Positions 29,312-37,349 of a stretch of DNA of 64,000 bases are shown here, in pieces. Position 1 is the stretch's first letter. Each line of letters begins with the position of its first letter. Below the pieces are notes generated by a model. It ran no database searches, was not told the DNA's origin, and was given only the letters and a program-made list of their open reading frames with translations. Source of the DNA: Candidatus Omnitrophota bacterium (GTDB lineage: Bacteria > Omnitrophota > Gorgyraeia > Duberdicusellales > 4484-171); contig JAIPGM010000001.1 in assembly GCA_021735655.1 (NCBI GenBank), positions 161,728 to 225,727 on the forward strand, read 5' to 3'. The translations under genes were made by a program, and so were the position numbers.

Positions 29312-29314
29312 AGG

Positions 29315-29343
29315 TTGCTTTAAGACAAGCCTTAAGGTATAAT
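29315..29343 (+). promoter_or_regulatory. Candidate sigma70-type promoter for the ABC importer operon (TTGCTT-17 nt-TATAAT), implying a near-leaderless transcript
   Basis: TTGCTT at 29315-29320, a 17-nt spacer, and a perfect TATAAT at 29338-29343, 8 nt before the ATG at 29352. Pattern match only. Confidence 0.3.
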
Positions 29344-29351
29344 TACTTTCA

Positions 29352-31070
29352 ATGAAGGCAATTAATGGTTTTTTTCTTGTGCTTTTATTACTTTTTCAAC
29401 CTTTCCTGACTTATGCCGAATGTCCCTGTGCAAAGAATAAGCCTAAGCATGGCGGAGATTTGGTGTTGTCTACGATAACTGACCCTAAATCATTTAATCC
29501 GATAGTTTCTAAAGAGGCTAATGTTGGGGCGGTTATGGGGTTAGTTTTTGAAGGGCTAACCCGTACTAATGGTGTGACAACTGAAGTTGAACCTAATCTT
29601 GCTTTGAACTGGGAAGTAGATGAAACCGGCAAAGTTTGGACCTTTAAGTTACGTGAAGATGTAAGCTGGGTAGATGGAGAACTATTTACTGCTGACGATG
29701 TTGTGTTTACCTTTAACCAGCTTATCTATAATCCGGATATCGATACCAGCGCTCGAGATATCTTTACTATTGAAGGGAAAATTTTTAAGGTTGAAAAAAT
29801 CGATAAATTTACCGTAAGATTTACTTTGCCGGTTAAGTTTGCTCCCTTTTTGCGTTCAATGGGCCATGAGATTATGCCAAAGCATCTCTTAGAAGATGTG
29901 GTTAAACAAGGAAAATTTAACTCTCATTGGGGCTTGGACGCTAAACTTGAAACTATTGTTGGGACCGGTCCCTATATGCTTTCAAAGTACTTACCTAGTG
30001 AGCGGATAATTTTAATTAGGAATCCCAACTACTGGCGAAAGGATAAACAGAAAAAAAGATTGCCCTATATTGAAAAAATAACTTACTTAATCGTTCAAAA
30101 TCAAGATGTAGCTCTCCTAAAGTTTCAGCAGGCTGAGATTGACTACTATGGCCTTCGTGGTCCTGATTATCCAATTTTAAAGCCTCAGGAGAAGGAAGGT
30201 AATTTTACGGTTTATAATACTGGACTGGGCTTTAGTACTAATTTTTTAGTTTTTAATCAAAATCCTGGAAAAAATCCAAAAACTAAACAGCCTTATCTTG
30301 CCCCGGATAAATTAAAATGGTTTAGTGATGTAAAGTTTAGAAGAGCGGTTGCACACGCTATTGATAAAGAGTCGATAGTTAATATTGTAATGAATGGCCT
30401 AGGCGCTCCTCAATATTCGGCGATGAGCCCATCAAGTGGATTTTTCCATAATCCTAATGTAGAAAAGTACGATTATAGCTTGGCGAAAGCCAAAGAGTTA
30501 CTTAAAGAAATCGGCATAGTAGACCGCGACGATGATGGTAAAGTTGAAGATTCAAAAGGTAATAAAATCCAGTTCAACCTCTTTACTAATGCCGAGAATA
30601 CTCAAAGGATAACAATAGCTAATATTATCAAAAAAGATCTTGAGCAGCTTGGCTTTATAATAAATTTTGTACCGCTTAGTTTCAATCAGCTAGCTAGTAA
30701 ATTTGATTCTACTTACGACTGGGATGCAATAATTTTAGGGTTTACCGGCGGAATCGAACCGCATTTTGGAAGTAATGTTTGGCAGTCAAGTGGGCATCTC
30801 CATGCTTGGTATCCAAAACAGAAAAAACCAGCTACAAAGTGGGAAGCTGAAATTGATGATATTTTTAATCAAGGGGTTCAGGAATTAGATCGGGAGAAAC
30901 GAAAAGTTTTTTATGATCGCTGGCAGGAAATAGTTGCCGAGGAGTTACCGTTGATCTATACAGTACTACCTTCAAGCATATTTGCCGTAAGAAATAAGTT
31001 TGGCAATTTAAATCCTACTCCTTATGGAGGAGCTTTTCATAACTTAGAAGAAATCTATATAAAAAAATAA
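29352..31070 (+). CDS. ABC transporter substrate-binding protein, family 5 (Opp/Dpp peptide/nickel type)
   Basis: 572 aa with the N-terminal signal peptide MKAINGFFLVLLLLFQPFLTYA. The length and sequence character are those of family-5 SBPs. It is followed by two permeases and two ATPases. Confidence 0.85.
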   Translation: MKAINGFFLVLLLLFQPFLTYAECPCAKNKPKHGGDLVLSTITDPKSFNPIVSKEANVGAVMGLVFEGLTRTNGVTTEVEPNLALNWEVDETGKVWTFKLREDVSWVDGELFTADDVVFTFNQLIYNPDIDTSARDIFTIEGKIFKVEKIDKFTVRFTLPVKFAPFLRSMGHEIMPKHLLEDVVKQGKFNSHWGLDAKLETIVGTGPYMLSKYLPSERIILIRNPNYWRKDKQKKRLPYIEKITYLIVQNQDVALLKFQQAEIDYYGLRGPDYPILKPQEKEGNFTVYNTGLGFSTNFLVFNQNPGKNPKTKQPYLAPDKLKWFSDVKFRRAVAHAIDKESIVNIVMNGLGAPQYSAMSPSSGFFHNPNVEKYDYSLAKAKELLKEIGIVDRDDDGKVEDSKGNKIQFNLFTNAENTQRITIANIIKKDLEQLGFIINFVPLSFNQLASKFDSTYDWDAIILGFTGGIEPHFGSNVWQSSGHLHAWYPKQKKPATKWEAEIDDIFNQGVQELDREKRKVFYDRWQEIVAEELPLIYTVLPSSIFAVRNKFGNLNPTPYGGAFHNLEEIYIKK

Positions 31071-32036
31071 ATGACTGCTTATATTATCCGTCGCCTGCTT
31101 CTATTTATCCCATTACTTTTAATAATTACCTTTATCGGCTTTGCTTGTATTAATCTTGCTCCCGGTAATTACTTTGATAGCTTAAAGCAAAATCCCCAAG
31201 TATCCGAAGATACAATTAAGCAGTATGAAGCTAAATATCATTTAGACAAGAATGTTTTTATTCAGTATTATTATTGGTTAGCTAATGTAGCTCGGCTTGA
31301 CTTTGGATACTCTTTTACTTATAAGATACCGGTTTTTAAGCTCTTGAAGCTACGGATGTTTAATACAATCATTTTGTCGCTCTCGGTGCTTATTTTCAGT
31401 TGGTTAATTGCTATACCTTTGGGAATTTATTGTGCGGTTAATCAATATAAGTTTAGCGATAAGTTTTTTTCTTTTCTTTCATTCATCGGTCTTTCAATTC
31501 CTAATTTTTTCTTTGCTCTCTTACTTTTATATCTAGCTTCGGTAACTGGAATATTACCTTCAGGCGGAATGCATTCCTTGGGTTATGAAAATCTAAGTCG
31601 CCTCGGAAAGATTTTTGATGTACTTAAACATTTAATTATTCCAACCTTAGTTATTGGTACGTCAAGTATTGCCGGACTGCAGCGTCTTATGCGGGGAAAT
31701 ATGCTCGAAGTCCTTAGAGCTCAGTATATTACAACAGCCAGAGCTAAAGGCTTGCCAGAGCGCAGAGTCATCTATGTCCATGCAGTAAGAAATGCTATTA
31801 ATCCGATGGTTACTATGTTTGGCGGAACTTTAGCCGGGCTTTTAAGCGGTGCAGCCTTAACCGAGATAATCTGCAGCTGGCCGGGGTTGGGTCAGTTGAT
31901 GCTTGAAGCAGTAAGGAGCCAGGATTTATTTTTATTCGTTGGGGATCTGTTGATGATTAGTTTTCTTTTGATTACTGGATATTTAATTGCCGATATATTA
32001 TTAGCCTGGGTAGATCCGCGAATTCAGTATCAATAG
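31071..32036 (+). CDS. ABC transporter permease (OppB/DppB-like)
   Basis: 321 aa and polytopic. The BPD-transporter EAA-like loop is ITTARAKGLPERRVIYVHAVRNA. The ATG directly abuts the upstream TAA. Confidence 0.85.
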   Translation: MTAYIIRRLLLFIPLLLIITFIGFACINLAPGNYFDSLKQNPQVSEDTIKQYEAKYHLDKNVFIQYYYWLANVARLDFGYSFTYKIPVFKLLKLRMFNTIILSLSVLIFSWLIAIPLGIYCAVNQYKFSDKFFSFLSFIGLSIPNFFFALLLLYLASVTGILPSGGMHSLGYENLSRLGKIFDVLKHLIIPTLVIGTSSIAGLQRLMRGNMLEVLRAQYITTARAKGLPERRVIYVHAVRNAINPMVTMFGGTLAGLLSGAALTEIICSWPGLGQLMLEAVRSQDLFLFVGDLLMISFLLITGYLIADILLAWVDPRIQYQ

Positions 32037-32064
32037 AACGATAAGTTAAGATTGAACAATAAAG

Positions 32065-33159
32065 ATGAAAAAAGAAAATTCCAGCAATTTAACTAAAGGA
32101 ATTCGCAAATTAAAAAGACACGGCTTGGCCATGGTTGCCTTTTGGACCATAGTGGCTTTATATCTATCGGCTGTCTTTGCCGGGTTTATTGCTCCTTATC
32201 ATTATGATAATGAGGAAAGAACTTTAAGCTATGCTCCGCCGGTAAAAATTCACATTATTGATCAAAGCGGTCGCTTGCAGAGACCGTTTGTCTATAAAAG
32301 AACTTTTGAGTTTGACGAGTTTTATAATCGTGTATATAAGGAAGATAGAGCTAAAATGTATCCGATTAAATTTTTTACCAAAGGAGATAAATATAGCATT
32401 CTTTGGTTAGTTAAGAGCAACCGGCATCTTTTTGGCGTTGAAAATGAGGCGAGAATTTATCTTTGGGGTGCTGATTCACGCGGTCGGGATATTTTTTCAC
32501 GCATATTCTACGGTGGACAAATCTCTCTTTCGATTGGTTTTGTCGGAGTGATCATCGCTTTATTATTGGGTTTGTTTTTTGGCGGAATTTCCGGTTACTT
32601 TAGGGGAAAGACCGATACGATTATCATGCGGGTCTGTGAAGTTATTATGATGATTCCGGGATTTTATTTGATGCTGTCTTTGCGGAGTATATTTTCCTAT
32701 TCTTTGACTTCTCTACAGATTTACTTTGCTTTGGTTTGCATAATGTCCTTTATCGGCTGGCCGGGCTTAGCCCGGGTTATCCGGGGGATGAGTCTTTCTC
32801 TGCGTGAGCGGGAGTTTGTTTTGGCGGCTAGGGCTTTGGGAGTTTCTGACTTGAAAATTATTTGGCGCCATATTATCCCGCATACCTTTTCTTATTTAGT
32901 AGTTGCAGTATCACTCTCAATACCAGGATATATTTTAGGTGAATCAGCGATAAGTTTATTAGGTTTGGGTATTCAAGATCCTTACGCCAGCTGGGGAAAT
33001 ATGTTAAGTGAGTCAATGGCTATTGCTCAGATTAAATTTCACCCTTGGATATTAATACCGGGTGTATTTATTTTTATTACCGTAATGGCCTTTAATCTTT
33101 TGGGTGATGGTTTGCGTGATGTTTTTGATCCGAAGATGACTATTGGTCGGAAATTTTAG
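32065..33159 (+). CDS. ABC transporter permease (OppC/DppC-like)
   Basis: 364 aa and polytopic, with GADSRGRDIFSRIFYG and VLAARALGVSDLKIIWRHIIPH, typical of OppC/DppC. Confidence 0.85.
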   Translation: MKKENSSNLTKGIRKLKRHGLAMVAFWTIVALYLSAVFAGFIAPYHYDNEERTLSYAPPVKIHIIDQSGRLQRPFVYKRTFEFDEFYNRVYKEDRAKMYPIKFFTKGDKYSILWLVKSNRHLFGVENEARIYLWGADSRGRDIFSRIFYGGQISLSIGFVGVIIALLLGLFFGGISGYFRGKTDTIIMRVCEVIMMIPGFYLMLSLRSIFSYSLTSLQIYFALVCIMSFIGWPGLARVIRGMSLSLREREFVLAARALGVSDLKIIWRHIIPHTFSYLVVAVSLSIPGYILGESAISLLGLGIQDPYASWGNMLSESMAIAQIKFHPWILIPGVFIFITVMAFNLLGDGLRDVFDPKMTIGRKF

Positions 33160-33174
33160 CTTTTTAATTTTAAT

Positions 33175-34140
33175 ATGGAAAATATATTAGAGATCAAGAA
33201 TCTGCACACTTATTTTTACACTGAAGACTCAGTCGTTAAGGCGGTAGAGGGGTTGAACCTTTCGGTGAAGAGGAACGAGGCTTTGGGCTTGGTCGGTGAA
33301 TCAGCCTGCGGAAAAAGTGTTACCGCTAGTTCAGTGATGCGCTTGATTCAGCCACCGGGTAAGAGTGTTAACGGCGAAATTATTTTTGAAGGGAACGATA
33401 TTCTAAAGCTATTTCAAAATCAGATGCAAAAAATTAGAGGTAAGGATATCGCGATTATCTTTCAAGAGCCGTTTATGGCATTGAATCCGGTATATCGAAT
33501 TGGTTTTCAAATTGGCGAGGCTATTGGCTTTCATCAAAAAGGGGTATCAAAGGAGACCAAAGAGAAAAAAGTTATTGATCTTTTGAACAAAGTTGGAATT
33601 CCTGATCCAAAGTCAAGGCTAAATGATTACCCGCATAATTTAAGTGGCGGCCAAGCTCAAAGAGTAGTAATCGCAATGAGCCTATCTTGTGAGCCTAAGT
33701 TAATTATTGCCGATGAACCAACTACCAGCCTAGATGTAACCATCCAGGCTCAAATAATGGAGCTTTTGCTTAAGTTAAAAAAAGAGAGTAATTTTACTTT
33801 TATTTTAATAACCCACAATCTAGCTCTTTGTTCAGAGGTAGTTGACCGGATAGCAATAATGTATGCTGGCCGGATAGTTGAATTGGCTAAAACAGAAGAA
33901 ATATTTAAAAATCCCTTACATCCTTACACTCAGGCTTTGTTTTCATCTATCCCCAGGGGTGATTGTATTAAAAAGAAACTAAAAGTTATTGAAGGTTCAG
34001 TGGCAGATCCGGCTAGTAAACCTTTAGGCTGTCATTTCAATCCGCGTTGTCCAAAGAAAAAAGATAATTGTCTAAGCCAGTATCCGGAATATAAAGAGAT
34101 TAGTCCAGGGCATTGGGTGAGTTGTCACTATGTGAAGTAG
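33175..34140 (+). CDS. ABC transporter ATP-binding protein (OppD/DppD-like)
   Basis: Walker A GESACGKS, signature LSGGQAQRVVIA, Walker B IIADEPTTSLD, and the C-terminal oligopeptide-type extension (HPYTQAL...C..C). Confidence 0.9.
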   Translation: MENILEIKNLHTYFYTEDSVVKAVEGLNLSVKRNEALGLVGESACGKSVTASSVMRLIQPPGKSVNGEIIFEGNDILKLFQNQMQKIRGKDIAIIFQEPFMALNPVYRIGFQIGEAIGFHQKGVSKETKEKKVIDLLNKVGIPDPKSRLNDYPHNLSGGQAQRVVIAMSLSCEPKLIIADEPTTSLDVTIQAQIMELLLKLKKESNFTFILITHNLALCSEVVDRIAIMYAGRIVELAKTEEIFKNPLHPYTQALFSSIPRGDCIKKKLKVIEGSVADPASKPLGCHFNPRCPKKKDNCLSQYPEYKEISPGHWVSCHYVK

Positions 34141-34146
34141 TAGACT

Positions 34147-35115
34147 ATGAGTGCAATATTAGAAGTTAAAAATTTAAAGAAATATTATCCGATCAAAAGA
34201 GGTTTGTTTTATAAGACGGTTGGTTGGCTGAAAGCAGTTGATCGGGTGAGTTTTTCTCTTGAGCGGGGGAAAACTTTAGCTTTAGTCGGTGAGTCTGGTT
34301 GTGGAAAAACCACTCTGGCTAGATCAATAGCTAAGCTAATTGAGCTGGACTCAGGCGAGATTAACTTTCTCGGTCATCAAATAACTAATATGACCGCAAG
34401 CCAGATGAGGCCGTTGCGTCGAGATTTGCAGATTATTTTTCAAGATCCGTTTAACTCTTTAGATCCCCGTTTTACGGTAGCTAAAATTATTCAGGAAGGG
34501 CTAGCTGCTTTACATAGCGTAAAATCAAAACAGGAGATACTTGATTTATCAAAGAAGATGCTTGATCGGGTGGGTTTACCAGAGAATTGTTTAACTCTTT
34601 ATCCGCATGAGTTTAGTGGCGGACAGCGCCAAAGAATTAGTATTGCCCGTTCATTAATTCTTAATCCGCAACTACTTATTCTTGATGAACCAGTTTCAAG
34701 TTTGGATGTTTCTATCCAGGCCCAGATCATTAATTTATTGCTAGAGTTACAGGAAAGGTTTAAACTTACTTATTTATTTATTGCCCATGATTTAAATGTA
34801 GTTAGGTGCGTCAGCGATGAGGTATGTGTGATGTATTTAGGAAAAATAGTTGAGCGAGCTCAGTCAAAAGAGTTGTTTGGGAATCCACTACATCCCTACA
34901 CTGAGACTTTGCTTGCGGCATCACCGCAGCTAGAGGTTAAGAAAATAAAAAGAGTTCATATTGCTAGTGACACTAAGGATCAGCCAAGGTCAAAAGGGTG
35001 CTCATTTTATTCTCGTTGCAGTTTTCGTTCTGATGGCTGTCGCAAAAAGCCACCGGAGTTAAGAGAGGTAAGTAGCGGCCATTGGCTTAGTTGTTTTAGG
35101 TCAAGCTTGCCATAA
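34147..35115 (+). CDS. ABC transporter ATP-binding protein (OppF/DppF-like)
   Basis: Walker A GESGCGKTT, signature FSGGQRQRISIA, Walker B LILDEPVSSLD, and C-terminal HPYTETL. Confidence 0.9.
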   Translation: MSAILEVKNLKKYYPIKRGLFYKTVGWLKAVDRVSFSLERGKTLALVGESGCGKTTLARSIAKLIELDSGEINFLGHQITNMTASQMRPLRRDLQIIFQDPFNSLDPRFTVAKIIQEGLAALHSVKSKQEILDLSKKMLDRVGLPENCLTLYPHEFSGGQRQRISIARSLILNPQLLILDEPVSSLDVSIQAQIINLLLELQERFKLTYLFIAHDLNVVRCVSDEVCVMYLGKIVERAQSKELFGNPLHPYTETLLAASPQLEVKKIKRVHIASDTKDQPRSKGCSFYSRCSFRSDGCRKKPPELREVSSGHWLSCFRSSLP

Positions 35116-35187
35116 AACCGCGCCTTTTTCAGGACTTTTCTTTTTATTCTATTGATTTTTTTCCTTCGCTATTGATTTGTAATTTGG

Positions 35188-35215
35188 TTGGAATTCATTG
35201 AATTTAATGTATAAT
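35188..35215 (+). promoter_or_regulatory. Candidate sigma70-type promoter (TTGGAA-16 nt-TATAAT) in the only sizeable intergenic gap
   Basis: TTGGAA at 35188-35193 and TATAAT at 35210-35215, inside the 143-nt AT-rich gap 35116-35258 upstream of the glycan/rSAM cluster. Pattern match only. Confidence 0.3.
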
Positions 35216-35258
35216 AATTAAGATAATATCAATAAGGCTTTCTAAAGGGGCCTTTGTC

Positions 35259-36566
35259 TTGAAATTACCAATGAAAAGAAAGAGAATCCTGATTGTCGGA
35301 GGCGGGTTAGCCGGCTTAAGTGCTGCCTATTTTTTGGGTAAGCAGGGCCAAGCGGTATCTGTCTTTGAAAGAGAGAAAGAATGTGGAGGATTGTGCCGTT
35401 CAATAAAAAAGAATGGCTTTACCTTTGATTTTGGAGGTCATCTTCTGCACTTCCGAAGAAAGGATATTTTTCTGCTGGTCAAGAGACTTCTTAAGGGCAA
35501 TTTGCTAAAACATAAAAGAAGTGCCTGGGTTGATACTCATCAACGTTTATTGCCTTATCCGTTTCAGGCTAATCTTTTCGGTCTGCCTAAAAATATAGCT
35601 GCAGAATGCCTTCAAAACTTTATTGAGGTTAATACTAATGGACAAAAAACTGCTAAAACCAATAATTTTCGGGATTGGATAGATAGCAATTTTGGTAAAG
35701 GGATTGCCAGGCATTTTATGGTTCCTTATAACCTTAAATTTTGGAAAATGCCCTTAGAAAACCTTTCTTATGAATGGGCAGAGCGATTCGTAGTTCTTCC
35801 TTCGCGTAAAGATGTTGTTGAGGGGGCCATTGGAAGCCGAAGTAATAATTTAGGGTATAATTCCTTTTTTTGGTACCCTAAGCAAGGCGGAATAGAAGAG
35901 TTGATAAAGTCTTTTTCCGGTAGGGTGGATGATATTTTTTTAAATTCCGAAGCAGCAGAAATCGACCTAAAGAATAAAGCAGTAAGGTTTAAGAATGGTT
36001 CCAAAGAGAAATTTGACATTTTAGTTTCTACCATACCTTTACCCGAGCTTGGCAAAATTATTAAAGGATTGCCAAAAGATATTTTATCTGAATTTAGAAG
36101 ATTAAACTGGCTATCTATTTATAATATAAATCTAGGGGTAAAAGGAAATATTAGGCCAGGACAACACTGGATTTACTTTCCGAGAAAAGATAGTTCCTTT
36201 TTTAGAGTCGGATTTTTTAATAACTTTTCATCGCAGCTTGCGCCACGAGGCATGAGCTCTTTATATGCCGAAGCTTCATATCTCGGTGGTTCTGCGATAA
36301 GTAAGTCAAGGCTTGCCACGGCGATAAAAAAAGATTTAGCCAGAGCCGGAATTCTCGGAAAGGATAATTCTACTTGTTGCGAATACACGAATGATATAGA
36401 TTACGCTTATCCGATTTATGATAAGAATTATAGGACAGCCAGGCATAGAATTTTTAAGTTTTTGTCGAAAAACAAGGTTGTTTCGGTCGGCCGTTATGGC
36501 GGTTGGCAATACCTATCTATGGAGGATGTTATTTTGGAGGCCCAAGCTACGGCTAGGAGTATATAA
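35259..36566 (+). CDS. FAD-dependent oxidoreductase (amine oxidase / UDP-galactopyranose mutase-like)
   Basis: Has the N-terminal dinucleotide fold ILIVGGGLAGLSAAYFL...FERE..CGG and a C-terminal VGRYGGWQYLSMEDVI. The track uses a TTG start at 35259; an ATG at 35271 is an alternative. Confidence 0.6.
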   Translation: MKLPMKRKRILIVGGGLAGLSAAYFLGKQGQAVSVFEREKECGGLCRSIKKNGFTFDFGGHLLHFRRKDIFLLVKRLLKGNLLKHKRSAWVDTHQRLLPYPFQANLFGLPKNIAAECLQNFIEVNTNGQKTAKTNNFRDWIDSNFGKGIARHFMVPYNLKFWKMPLENLSYEWAERFVVLPSRKDVVEGAIGSRSNNLGYNSFFWYPKQGGIEELIKSFSGRVDDIFLNSEAAEIDLKNKAVRFKNGSKEKFDILVSTIPLPELGKIIKGLPKDILSEFRRLNWLSIYNINLGVKGNIRPGQHWIYFPRKDSSFFRVGFFNNFSSQLAPRGMSSLYAEASYLGGSAISKSRLATAIKKDLARAGILGKDNSTCCEYTNDIDYAYPIYDKNYRTARHRIFKFLSKNKVVSVGRYGGWQYLSMEDVILEAQATARSI

Positions 36567-37349
36567 ATGAAGTTTAGAAAAAGAATAAAAAATGTATTTT
36601 TCCATAAATCCATTTTGTGGGAGATGTCGATTAAGCAGCTTAAGGCAAAGTATTCTGGTTCTATGTTGGGTATTTGGTGGGCAGTGGCGACCCCTCTTAT
36701 TCTGGCTGTAAGTATTAATTTTATTTTTACTAATGTATTTAAGGTGGGTATTGAAAATTTTACCTTTTTTGTTTTATCAGGGATAGTCCCTTGGCTATTG
36801 TTCTCTAATGCTATAAACGAAGCCGCCGGGTCTTTTATTGCCAATTTTTCGGTATTAAGGCAGGCCATTTTTCCTCGAGAGTTTGTTCCAATGACTTCGA
36901 TTATCTCTAATTTTTTAATTTTTCTGATCGGTTTATTGATTCTGCTTCCTTTTTTTATTGTTTCTAATCCGAGGGTAATTACGGTTTTGCCGTTTCTGTT
37001 GGTAGTTTTATTTTTTTATTTATTTTTTCTTGTCGGGCTTGCTATGATTTTTTCATCTTTAAATGTTTTCTTTCGTGATGTATCCCATCTTTTAGCTATC
37101 GGGTTAATGGTTTGGTTTTGGGTTACGCCTATTTTTTACTCTTTGGATATGTTACCGGCTTCATTTCGCTGGATCTGCTTAAGTAATCCAGTTACTTACT
37201 ATGTAGTTTCTTATAGATTAATTTTGTTTGAAGCGAAGCCGTTATCCCTTCCAATTTTGTTAACTTTATTTTTTATTTCCTTTACGTCATTCATCGTTGG
37301 TTATGCCTTTTTCCTTAAAAATGAAAATAGTTTATTAAAACGAGTATGA
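36567..37349 (+). CDS. ABC-2 type polysaccharide exporter permease (Wzm/TagG-like)
   Basis: 260 aa with six hydrophobic segments and an N-terminal LKAKYSGSMLGIWWAVATPL typical of ABC-2 permeases. It overlaps the next gene by ATGA. Confidence 0.75.
   Translation: MKFRKRIKNVFFHKSILWEMSIKQLKAKYSGSMLGIWWAVATPLILAVSINFIFTNVFKVGIENFTFFVLSGIVPWLLFSNAINEAAGSFIANFSVLRQAIFPREFVPMTSIISNFLIFLIGLLILLPFFIVSNPRVITVLPFLLVVLFFYLFFLVGLAMIFSSLNVFFRDVSHLLAIGLMVWFWVTPIFYSLDMLPASFRWICLSNPVTYYVVSYRLILFEAKPLSLPILLTLFFISFTSFIVGYAFFLKNENSLLKRV

Noticed and set aside
2-29311. Alternative genetic code or stop-codon reassignment as the explanation for the 29-kb ORF.
   Set aside because: The frame contains no TAA, TAG or TGA at all, so no reassignment is needed. 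All three stop codons terminate neighbouring genes at sensible positions: TAA at 31068-31070, TAG at 32034-32036 and TGA at 37347-37349.
2-29311. Canonical 2A-type ribosome skipping, NRPS/PKS megasynthase, or giant repeat adhesin as the identity of the ORF.
   Set aside because: The motif lacks the D(V/I)ExNPGP signature of 2A peptides, though a mechanistically new stop-go element is not excluded. There are no repeated C-A-T or KS-AT-ACP module sets. There are no long arrays of Ig-like, cadherin or beta-helix repeats and no signal peptide in the visible part.
29352-29440. Possible lipoprotein signal in the substrate-binding protein (LTYAEC).
   Set aside because: A Glu at position -1 before the Cys does not fit the lipobox consensus [LVI][ASTVI][GAS]C. 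An ordinary signal peptidase I site after TYA is more likely.
35116-35258. The AT-rich 143-nt gap upstream of the B12-dependent rSAM cluster, considered as a possible cobalamin riboswitch or small RNA.
   Set aside because: It is too short and too AT-rich and lacks any GC-rich paired core or B12-box-like element. Only a weak promoter-like pattern is reported.
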